A DNA stretch of 64,000 nt from Malacoraja senta (taxonomy: Eukaryota), in NCBI GenBank assembly GCA_038087875.1, contig CM075989.1, forward strand, positions 9,178,001-9,242,000. The letters are read 5' to 3'. Position 1 is the first letter of the stretch. Each line of letters opens with the position of its first letter. The position numbers and the translations under genes were made by a program. The notes beneath the pieces are model-generated. The model did no database searches. It saw only the letters and a list, made by a program, of their open reading frames with translations, and was not told where the DNA came from. Below, piece after piece: positions 53,691-64,000 of the stretch.

Positions 53691-54211
53691 ACTGTAATTG
53701 TACCGTTCACATCCAATTAGACCTATAATGCATTAGTAATGTCAAATACTTGAATACTCTGCAAACAGGGAAATGTACCTTGAGGGCTGGCATCTGGCAG
53801 GATGCCAAAAACATATGGACCATCCTTGGGTTTTTACATTATCATTATGTGCTTGAAGGCACAACCTAATTGGTCAGCATTTTGACAATGCATTGTTACA
53901 CTGATTTCATGTCAGTTTTTCGTATAGCTCTCTCTGCAACTTTCCATGTTGGATCACCGGTGCACTCTCATTCTTTACCTGACTGGTTAATTCACGGTGT
54001 GGGTCCATTGTAACTGACCTTTACAGTGGTGAATAGGAGTTGCCTTTCTTGGGAGTGCTCAAGGTCGTTTGAAACTCCTGAATGTAATCTATTACATTGC
54101 TGATAAGTGAATTTTGTCAAGAAGTTTAAAAAAATACCACTCTCCTTCAGATTACCAATTTTATTAAATTCAGCTGCCACCCTGTGCACGGGTGAAAGTA
54201 CAACATGCAAT

Positions 54212-54340
54212 CTTCTTCTTGCGTATGGCGTGCACAGCCTAAAGTTGTAGGACAACTTGTTCTATTTGATCTTATTTGATTGTGCACGCCAGGTTGATTG
54301 CCTTCGTCGAAACAGGGCGGAAGGTTGCAATCTCCCACCC
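54212..54340 (-). mobile_element. ~130-bp SINE-like retroposon with (AAG)n tail, copy 2
   Basis: 11-bp TSD caacatgcaat (54201-54211 / 54341-54351). Confidence 0.8.
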
Positions 54341-55734
54341 CAACATGCAATTAGATCCTGAGAATCCCATGTGCATCAACTAGATTTGGCTGAGGAATTA
54401 AATCAGCCATCATTGTGTTTATTTCTGATACTCTCTATCCAGTCCAGAGGCATGAGCATAGAAATCTAAGCACCAAATTTGAAGAACACTGTTGTCAAAG
54501 GAGTTTTCTTTCAGTAGTGATGATAAACTAAGGCCTTGTTTACTCTTGCAACGGACATTAAATAATCCTATGGAATAATTTTAAATAAGAGAAGGAAAGT
54601 TATGTCTCAACATTCCGAAAACAATTTATCTGTTTATTATCAATTAGCTGTCTTTGGTAACTTGTTGTGTACAAATTGGCTACCTTTCTTTATATGTTGC
54701 AGCAGTAATGGGCGGCTAGTAGAGCTGCTGCCTCACTGGTCTAGTGATCCAGGTATAGTCCTGATCTCTGGTGCTGTCTGTGTGGAGTTAGCATGTTCTT
54801 CGTGTGACCGCATAGATTTTCTCCCAAATCCCAAAGTTGGTGGGTTGAGTTGCGAGTTAGTAGGTTAGTTGCCCACTGTACACAGCCCATAATGTGTAGG
54901 GATGAGCGGTAGAATGTGTGTGTGTAGGGCAGTGGTGGTCGGGGCGGGCGAGGGGGGGGGGGGGAAGGCATGGGAAGGGATGTGAATGTTGGGCGCGTAA
55001 AATGGTATTCGTGAAGGATTTGTGCAGATCGGTGTAGACTCAGTGAACTGAAGGATCCGTTTCCATGCAACATGACAGCATGTCTGGCAAGTATACTTTA
55101 AAAGTAAATAATTGGTGGGAAACACTTCATAACCTCCTGAGTTTGTGAAAAGTGCAATGGGAATGTAACGAGGGAACGCTGATGCCCATGAAACAAACGT
55201 TGAGGGCAGAAGTAGAGAAAAGCAAAGGGAAAATAATTAAGCAGGATTGTGAAATCTACAGTCGTTCGATGATTTGCCAGTCATGCGTGTTTATGTAGAT
55301 TGCAAGATGGTTACATGGTTCCTGTTCATTCTGGTCAAATGCAAGTGGAAATTCCACTGTATTAAATAGCTTCCAAGAAATTAAATTGAGGTCAAGTTTG
55401 TGCTTAGATTCCTTCTGGAAAACATTCCATCTCCAAGTGTCTCATTAATTGCACAACTTCAAGGAGCTCAGGCACAGGTTGTCAGTATTGTAAGGACTCC
55501 TAGGTTATTCTCATCCACTTCTGCTCCCACCCAGCAAGTGTTTCTTGACATTTTCATCCATTCCTTTGCCTAGGACTTCACCATTTCCCTGCTCTCCCAT
55601 CTTCCATCTGCAAAAGTTTGTTCATTTAAGTCTCTGCTGTCCGTTGCAAAATACATGGCTTCAATAATGCTGAATACGCAGCCTTCTAAATTGTAACGTC
55701 GCCAAGTCTTCTCTGTGTTTATATCAATGTTGAA

Positions 55735-56670
55735 GATGTTGGAACTCATTCAGAAATCGGAGGCGCAAAGGGACTAGTGCTGGTGCAGGATTCCCAAAAA
55801 GTTAATTTGCAAGTCAAATCAGTAGTAAGGAACGCAAATACAATACTTGCATTTATTTCGAAAGGACTAGAATACAAAACAGGGATGTCATGCTGAGGCT
55901 TTATAAGGAACTGGTCAGATCGCATTTAGAGTATTGTGAGCAGTTTTGTGTCCCATATCTGAGGAAGGATGTGCTGGCGTTGTAGAGAGTCCAGTGGAGG
56001 TTTCCGAGAATGATCCCAGGAATGATTGGGTTAACGTATGATGAGCGTTTGAAGGCATTGGGCTTGTACTCACTGGTTTAGATGGATGAAAGGGACCTCA
56101 TTGAAACTTATTGAATAGTAAAAGGCCAGGATAGAGTGAATGTTGAGTGGAAGTTTCCACTAGTAGGAGAGTCTAAGACCAGAGGACATAGCCTCAGTAT
56201 AAAAGGAGCGAAGGAATAGGTGACGTTTCAGGTCGAGACCCTTCTTCAGAAGAAGTGTGAAGAAGGGTCTGGACCCGAAACGTCACCAATTCCTTCGCTC
56301 CATAGATGCTGCCTCATCCGCTGAGTTTCTCCAGCATTCTTGTCTACCTTTGATTTTTCCAGCATCTGCAGTTCTTTGTTGAACATTCAGTATAAAAGGA
56401 TATAGCTTTAGAAAGGAGATGTGAAGGAATGTTATTAGTCAGAGGGTAGTGAATCTGTGGAATTCATTGCCACAGATGGCTGTGGAGGCCAAGTCAATGG
56501 ATATTTTTAAGGCAGAGATTGGCAGAATCTTGATTAATAAGGGTGTCAGGGGGTTATGAAGCAAAGGCAGGAGAATGGGGATGAGCGAGAAAGATAGGTC
56601 AACCATGATTGATTGGCGGAGTAGACTTGATGGGCCGAACGGCCTAATTCTGCTCCTAGAACGTATGAAC
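55735..56670 (+). mobile_element. CR1 LINE 3' fragment with a nested Penelope palindrome (56208-56386)
   Basis: RT C-terminal remnants; nested insert has a 14-bp TSD tcagtataaaagga (56194-56207 / 56387-56400). Confidence 0.88.
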
Positions 56671-59063
56671 TGATTGTGGTCTGGCATTCGGTACTCAGAA
56701 AGGAGGTGCTCTCTCTTTCTCCTACTAAGTTTGTTTAATAAATTACTTCATTAGTTTAAATTACCATCTATTTTGCAGTAGAACAGGGTGTGTTACTGAG
56801 AGATCTGTGCTGAGATCACACTAATTCCTGTTTACCTTTCACCTTCCCATTCCAGCAATGTCCTGACTTGAACATTCTCATCCTTGTGCTTATTTCTTCC
56901 ATGCCCCCACCACAAGTGGCTGGGCCCAGCCTGGGGGTTTAAGAGCTCTGGAACGCCTTCTCTACAGAAACCTGCCTCCTTTAAGATCTTCATTACATAA
57001 GATCCCTTACTCTGACCTTTTGTTCATGGCCTTGTATCGCTTTCTATGGTTTGGTGTCTGATTATACTGTTGTTTGCTGGCTTGAGACATTTTACTATTT
57101 TAAGGGCTCTGTACAAATGCGAGATGACGTTCTTGAGGGAGAGAGATCAAGGGAATCCAGCAAATCATTAGGGTCTGTTTGTTTTCTGCACCAGTGATTT
57201 GCTGCCTTTGCTAACTTTTCACACCAGTGCAAATTTTAATATCTTAACACTTACAGCAGAAGCAACTGATGTGACAAGATGAAATACAGCTTAGTTGCAA
57301 GGTTATGAATGTGTAACGCTAATTGTACAGAGGAGTAATGGGCTCATTCAGGTTGCCTTCGAAAGTATAAAGTTTGGAAACAGAAGGAAGACTGCCTGAA
57401 GCGTCTGTGGCAATTAGGATAGCAGCTCATTCTAAGCAAGGTGGGCGCTAATGCAGTCTCATTAGTACAAAAGTATTTGCAGCCCGGAATGTGATTCTGT
57501 GATCTTTCCCTGTTGGAGGACAACATTTGTGCAACAAAATGAAAAATAGGCCATAGCTCAGAGTGAGACAATTCCTCAGCTCTCAGAAGCAGCAGGACAC
57601 TCCCACCACATAGCACAACGGACCCAATCCCATTCTGGAACAGGGAATGAAAAAGTGCTGGGATGATAAGGCAGAGGGGGTGGGGATGGGGTTGAGGGGA
57701 GCTGGCGGTGAAGGTCAGAAGCTCGCAGATTGACTCAGCCGGTCTGGTGAAGAGGGATCCTGGACTTTCTACTCATCACTTTAATTTCATGTTTCATGCA
57801 TCTTGTTGTGTTTTATGACTGTTGGCAGACCAATTTCCCTCCTGGAATAAATAAAGTTCTATCGTATTGTATCAAATCATATCGTATATTGAGGGCAGTG
57901 CCACGGATTCCCAGTGGGACAGATCAGCCCAGGGTCTGTTCGTCTGCAACTCCGGAGAATCACTCCTATTCCTCCAGGAATGTTTTAGTAAAGCACTCTG
58001 CTCCTTGAAATCAGTAAAGTGCCTCAAGGTGCTTCAAGGAATTGTTAGCAAATAGAATTTGACAGGTCAAGCTTGGCTAGGTTTTCTGGTGCTTCAAGAG
58101 AGGAAGAAATGTTTAGGGAGAGAATTCCGGAGCTCAAGACCTTGGCTGCCAGTGATGGAGTAATTAAGATCAGAGATGCACAGGAGCCCAGGGATTGAAG
58201 GGAGCAGGGACCTCGGAGGCTTTTGGGGGAAGGAAATTATGCAGAAAGAAAGTGGCATGGTTAGGTAGACACAAAATGGCGGAGTAACTCAGCGGGACAG
58301 GCAGCATCTCTGGAGAGAAGGAACGGGTGACATTTCGGGTTGAGACCCTTCTTCAGACTCTTGATTCTTCAGGCATGGTTAGGGATGGTCACAAAATAAT
58401 GTTGGCTGTGGTATTCAATTGTAATGAGCAAATTTTACAGCATTGTGTAATTGAAAATGAACTATTCCTTTCTGGAATCAAATACATTACTAGCCATTTC
58501 TGTGTTGTTTTATGTGTTTGGCCGTGTTTATGTGTTTACCTATTGTTTCCTAGAGTATTTTTTCAGTAACACGTTGCTGGATTGGGAGCTGTGTGAGGAA
58601 AATGGCTTGATTATCATTCTTTCTTCTGAATTAACACTGAACTATCAACCCACCTCAGAACCTTTAATATCACGAGGACCAAGTCCCAACACTAACCCTC
58701 TGATCTTTGCAGCCTTCTGGTGGTCTCTGTAACACTGCCGTTTCCGAAACCTAATGTCTGGGTGTTGTGGAGGGAAGCCAAGTCGTTGGAATGAGCATAT
58801 TAAAGGAGTAAGTGGGTGGGGAGAAAACAAGTAAAGATCACAGGTCATTATGCTGATAATCAGTGCAAAGGAGCTGCAGTGAAAGCTATCAAACATGCAT
58901 CGTAATCTGCAAAAGGTTGTTTTCTTAATTAAAGGATACTAATCGTGCATCAAAGGATACCTGATGGCTGTGATACAGACTTCCACGTACAGCTGCTTGC
59001 CACACTTGAGGCTTGGCTTAAATGAGTAAATTGAAGAAGTGTGAGAAACAACACATGTACCAG

Positions 59064-59106
59064 CATGTCACACACATGTCACACGCATGTCACACACATG
59101 CACACG
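59064..59106. repeat. Short tandem repeat, 11-bp unit CATGTCACACA (~4 copies)
   Basis: Directly visible. Confidence 0.7.
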
Positions 59107-59799
59107 TGATGGGCGAGTCCAATCTAAAGTATTTGTGGAATTTCTCTCCTAGTTAGAGAGGTCCTTAAAATCCCTTCAAGGAGTCCCGGGTCAAAAGTGG
59201 GAGGAGCAGGTGTAAAGGGAATGGAATCTCTGGGCAAATGTTTTTTATTTCCTAACACAGGGATGTTGAGGCCAACTGCAAGACCACGGCAGTGCTTCAG
59301 TTACAATGATCTAAATCAATACTGACTACAGATGGATAGTCCAGCTTCATATCAATTCACTCTGAGTTATTAGGTGCCACTGACTGCCTGTGATTTCCTA
59401 CCCCAATGCTCTGTGTCTTCCCATATTACACCAGTGACTACTCTATCCTCCATGTAAACATTTTGGAGCATCCTGACATTACAAAACGGACCACGGTGTC
59501 TTTTCCTTTCTTCCTTCCTCTTATTTTCTTTTTCTCATTTTCTTCTTTCACTCTTTTTTTCTCACTCCCTCTTTCATTCATTCTGTATTTTCTCTTTTCT
59601 GGTACTGTACAGTGTAAATGCTTGAGCAACACGGACCTGTTACACTGCTCGCTACAGAGTGGACAAGGAATAGGCAGGCTTGCTGTCTTTGGCCACAACC
59701 CGACTCGCTAAATCACGACTCCTCCCTGGTTTAGTGAGCCTGGAATTGGTCACATTGCTTGACCTCCAGCTCCAGTTGAAACAGTTAACAGCAAACAGC

Positions 59800-60245
59800 A
59801 TAACCATATAACCATATACCAATTACAGCACGGAAACAGGCCATCTCGGCCCTTCTAGTCCGTGCCGAACACTTACTCTCACCTAGTCCCATCTGCCTGC
59901 ACTCAGACCATAACCCTCCATTCCTTTCCCGTCCATATACCTATCCAATATATTTTTAAATGATGAAATCGAACCTGCCTCCACCACTTCCACTGGAAGC
60001 TCATTCCACACAGCTACCACTCTCTGAGTAAAGAAGTTCCCCCTCATGTTACCCCTAAACTTTTGTCCCTTAATTCTCAAATCATGTCCTCTAGTTTGAA
60101 TCTTCCCTACTCTCAATGGAAAAAGCTTATCCACGCCAACTCTGTCAATCCCTCTCATAATTTTAAAGACCTCTATCAAGTCCCCCCTTAACCTTCTGCG
60201 CTCCAAAGAATAAAGACCTATCTTGTTCAACCTTTCTCTGTAACA
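59800..60245 (-). mobile_element. CR1 LINE 3' end, (TATGGTTA)n-tail subfamily
   Basis: ORF 59883-60296 YRERLNKIGLYSLERRRLRGDLIE..NFFTQRVVAVWNELP. Confidence 0.9.
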
Positions 60246-60680
60246 GGTGCTGAAACCCAGGCAACATTCTAGCATCGCGGGGATCTTTCCAACCACTAAT
60301 GCTACGAATAATATCTTCCAACTTTTCCCCCATTTTCTGTTGTATGCGCCAGGTTATGAGCTCAGGTGCAACTTTCCGAAGCAACCATTCTTTCTTGCGA
60401 GCCTGGACACTGAGTGTTAGTGACTGATTGAACGTAAGCATATAATTGCTGACTTTGGTTCTCGCCTCTATAAATATACATTCTCACTCTAACGTAAATG
60501 TGTTATGGATAACGAGAGGGCAGCTCAGAGACAGGAGCACAGTCCTGTTTCCCGCTGCCTCAATCAGGGGTACTCTAGCCTATGGTAGCACTTCCACTTA
60601 TTATAGGAAAAGAAGGAGGCCATTCACCTCTTTTGATTTATAATTTAAATTACATTTTTAGTTCAGTTAATTTAGTTTAG

Positions 60681-60958
60681 TTTATTCCCCAGAGCTATAG
60701 CTGCTCTGAACCGGCGCTGCTGAGTGCCGCCCACCCCCATGAACTGTCTCCCTCGGATGGTCACGTCACACAGACACATTTGCACTTTAGACTGTTTTAC
60801 TGTTTTACTGTTCTTTTTATAAATCATGTTTCTCGGGGTATCTAAATCTAAATGTTATTAGTTGTTTAAGTTATGACATCGAATGGAAGCTGCGTACCAA
60901 ATCTCGTTGCGCATATGCGCAATGACAATAAAAGATATTATTATTATTATTATTATTG
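60681..60958 (+). mobile_element. Rex1/Babar LINE 3' end
   Basis: FIPRAIAALNR ORF end; hairpin ttgcgcat-atgcgcaa, tgacaataaaag and (TTA)n tail. Confidence 0.7.
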
Positions 60959-60987
60959 TCACATGTACCAAGATACAGTGAAAAGCT

Positions 60988-61719
60988 GTGTAGGAAAGAA
61001 CTGCAGATGCTGGTTTAAACCGAAAGTAAACACAAAATGGTGGTGTAACTCAGCGGGACAGGCAGCATCTCTGGAGAGAAGGAATGGGTGACGTTTCGGG
61101 TCATCCCTGGTCAACTCGTCCCTTCCCACCCAAACCATCCCCTCCCCAGGTACTTTCCCCCTGCAACCGCAGGAGATGCAACACATGTCCCTTTACCTCC
61201 CCCCTTGACTCCATCCAAGGGCCCCAACAGTCTTTTCAGGTCAGGCAGAGGTTCACTTGCACCTCCTCCAACCTCATCTACTTTATCCGCTGTCAGCTCC
61301 TGTATATCGGCGAGACCAAGCGCAGACTCGGCGATTGTTTTGCTGAACACCTCCGCTCAGTCCACCTTAACCTACCTGACCTCCCATTCCCAATCTGACC
61401 TTTCTGTCCTGGGCCTCCTCCATTGTCAGAGTAAGGCCCAATGCAAATTGGAGGAACAGCACCTCATATTTCGCTTGGGTAGCTTACACCCCAGCAGTAT
61501 GAACATTGACTTCTCTAACTTCAAATAGCCTATGCTTTCCCTCTCTCTCTCCATTCCCAGTTCTCCCACCAGTCTTACTGTCTCTGACTACATTCTATAT
61601 CTGTCCCGCCCACTCCCCTGACATTAGTCTAAAAAGGGTCTCAACCCAAAACTTCACCCATTCCTTCTCTCCAGAAATGCTGCCTGTCCCGCTGAGTTAC
61701 TCCAGCATTTTGTGTCTAG
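60988..61719 (+). mobile_element. Penelope-like element: inverted 5' terminal piece, GIY-YIG endonuclease fragment and 3' end
   Basis: CNRRRCNTC..FTCTSSNLIYFIRC..LLYIGETKRRLGDCFAEHLRSV; 11-bp TSD agtgaaaagct (60977-60987 / 61720-61730). Confidence 0.92.
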
Positions 61720-63224
61720 AGTGAAAAGCTTTTGTTTCTTGCTAACCAGTCATTGGAAAGACTACATGATTACAATCGAGCCATCCACTGTGGACAGATA
61801 CATGATGAAGGGAATAATGTTTATTGCAAGACAAAGTCCAGTAAAGTCTGTTTGAAGATAGTCCAAGGGTCTCCAATGAAGTCCAAGAGTTCTTCTATTC
61901 TAGATTCTTGATTAGTAAGGGTGTCAGGGGCTATGGGTCGAAGGCATGAGAATGGGGTTGAGAGGGAAAGATAGATCAGCCATGATTGAATGGCTGAATA
62001 GACTTGATGAGCTGAATGGCCTTATTCTGCTCCTGGAACTTATGGTGTTCTGTATCTTAATTCTGAGAGTTGGTTCATAACCATGAAAGCCTTTGCCAAA
62101 TAAAATCAATCACTCTCAGTTCAGATTGAATGTGTGGAGTTTTTGCTCCACTTGGTACAGACTTCAGAGCATTAACCCAGTGACAGAACACCAAAGCTTC
62201 CATTTATACAACACCCCATAACCAAGTCAAACACCCCAAGGTGCTTCACCATAGTTTGTCAACCAAAATCTTTTAAGCCGAGCTACAAAATGAGATATGA
62301 AGGCAGAAAGTGAAAGAAGAGTGCCATAAAGTAGAAAATGCAAAGTTTCCGAGGAGTGCATTTACATTGGAATAGTTTGAATGCTGGAAGAGATCTTCTC
62401 TGTCTTGGGCAATCCTCTGGCATCGAGGATAACCTGCTTCTTCACCAGTTCTGAGGTGGCTAATGAGGTCCAATGTGGGATGAATGGGTTACAGAGATAA
62501 CGCAGCGACAAGAAAATGGAAGCATTTGGCCATGGCATTGTTCAATCAGCAAGCACAGGGGAGAGGGATTGGCAAGGATCAGGGCAAGACCAGGGAGAAC
62601 ACTTTCTCTCGCCTAGCGATTGGCCATTTAGCAATGAACCAGGAGGTTACCAGAAATTGAAGGCAGCTTGAGATATTTCATTGCCTCGAGATGAGTGGAA
62701 GAAATGGAAGGAATTCAGAGGGGCAGTAGAGAGAAGCAAAGAATGTAGATTAGTATCAGGTTACTCCAGCAGAAGGATCAGACATTGGTTTCTATGATAC
62801 CTTTAAAATCTGTCCCACGCTCTGTTGAATGAGTTGACTTTTAGATCCTGAAAGACGCTGTCCAGGCCTTGTAATCTAAATTTTAATGCTCATAAAGAAT
62901 CTAACGTGCTAAAGGTAAATTAAACAATAAACTAATTGATCAACTCCTCATAAACAGCTGAGGATTAAAAACTGGACGACCCCACTTCAAGATGTGGCCT
63001 TGCACTTACTAGTGTCTCTGGACCAGTTGAATTAGTGTAACTTTTCTTATGAAGATTTTATTTGTCATTTTAATCTGGGAAAAAAAGCTTCTTTATCTCT
63101 GTCTAACATTTGTTGCCATTGGAACAGAAAGTGCTGGAAATACTCAGCAGGTCAGGCAGCATCTGTATAGAAAGAAACACAGTTAACATTTCTGCTCAAT
63201 GATTGACCTGAAAATATAGACTTT

Positions 63225-63521
63225 AGACTTTAGAGATACAGCATGGAAACAGGCCCTTCAGCCCACTGAGTTTGTGCTGACCAGCGATCACACTGTACAC
63301 CAACACTATCCTACACACTAGGGACAGTTTACAATTTTAGCAAAACCAATTAACCTGCAAACCTGTACGTGTTTGGAGTGTGGGTGGAAACGGGAGCACC
63401 CGGTGAAAACCCACATGGTCACAGGGAGAGTGTACAAATTCCGTATAGACAGCACCCGTAGTCAGGATCAAATCTGGGTCTCTGGCGCTGTGAGGCAGGA
63501 ACTCTACCGCTGCGCCACTGT
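63225..63521 (-). mobile_element. HE1 V-SINE, near full length
   Basis: Reverse complement of the V-SINE consensus seen elsewhere in the window. Confidence 0.88.
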
Positions 63522-64000
63522 TCTGCCCTCAGAAATGTTATTTCTATTTCTCTCTCCACAGATGTTGCCTGATCTTCTGAAGTTTCCACAGACTTTTGTT
63601 TTTATTTCAGATTTCCAGCATCTGTGGTTTTTGATTTTTAACTTTCTTACCATACTTCTTGCTGACTGGATTGAGTCTGTAGTGACACTGTGCAACAAAA
63701 CTGAATTCTGATTCCTGGCCCTTCTCTGAAAGTATCTGCTGTTTAATGAAAGGAGATTATTTTCACAGAGACACAAAATACAGCAGATGCTGGAATCTGG
63801 AGAAACAAACAATCTGCTGGAGGAACTCAATGCGTTAAGCAGTATCTATAGAGAGGGGGAATTGTCGATCTTACGGGTTGAAGTTTCCCATGGGTAATTT
63901 AATCTTGGAGTAATGCAAACTGTCAATATTGAAATAATTTCCCTATACACTCTGTTTTATAGTTGTTTTATTGAAATAATTGTAAAGCCTTCTGTGACAT

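Overview
Eukaryotic, repeat-rich genomic DNA, most likely from a cartilaginous fish (skate or ray), judged from its HE1 V-SINEs, HER1/CR1 LINEs and Penelope-derived palindromes. Most ORF-track entries are spurious or transposon-derived. Two host genes are supported, lying tail-to-tail as in mammals. The last three coding exons of integrin alpha-11 (ITGA11, + strand) are at 2478-2573, 6094-6207 and 8701-8793; none is in the ORF track and all were found by reading splice sites. The large terminal exon of FEM1B (- strand) has its CDS at 23587-22216 and a probable ~7 kb 3'UTR ending near 15.1 kb. FEM1B's upstream exons are not visible; they may lie in the 200-N gap at 31240-31439 or beyond the window. 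Right of the gap I found only transposon debris. Most unusual observations: (1) a 434-bp Gypsy-derived insertion made of an LTR, a 36-nt tRNA-Leu copy, an RNase H fragment and an inverted LTR end, flanked by a 5-bp TSD, plus a second LTR+PBS-only insertion; both look like integrated plus-strand strong-stop products; (2) a Tx1 LINE insertion that duplicated the ITGA11 last-exon polypyrimidine tract; (3) many TSD-flanked Penelope palindromes with hammerhead-like cores; (4) an extra intron and an H185Q-equivalent change in FEM1B. Human reference sequences and numbering are from memory and need checking.
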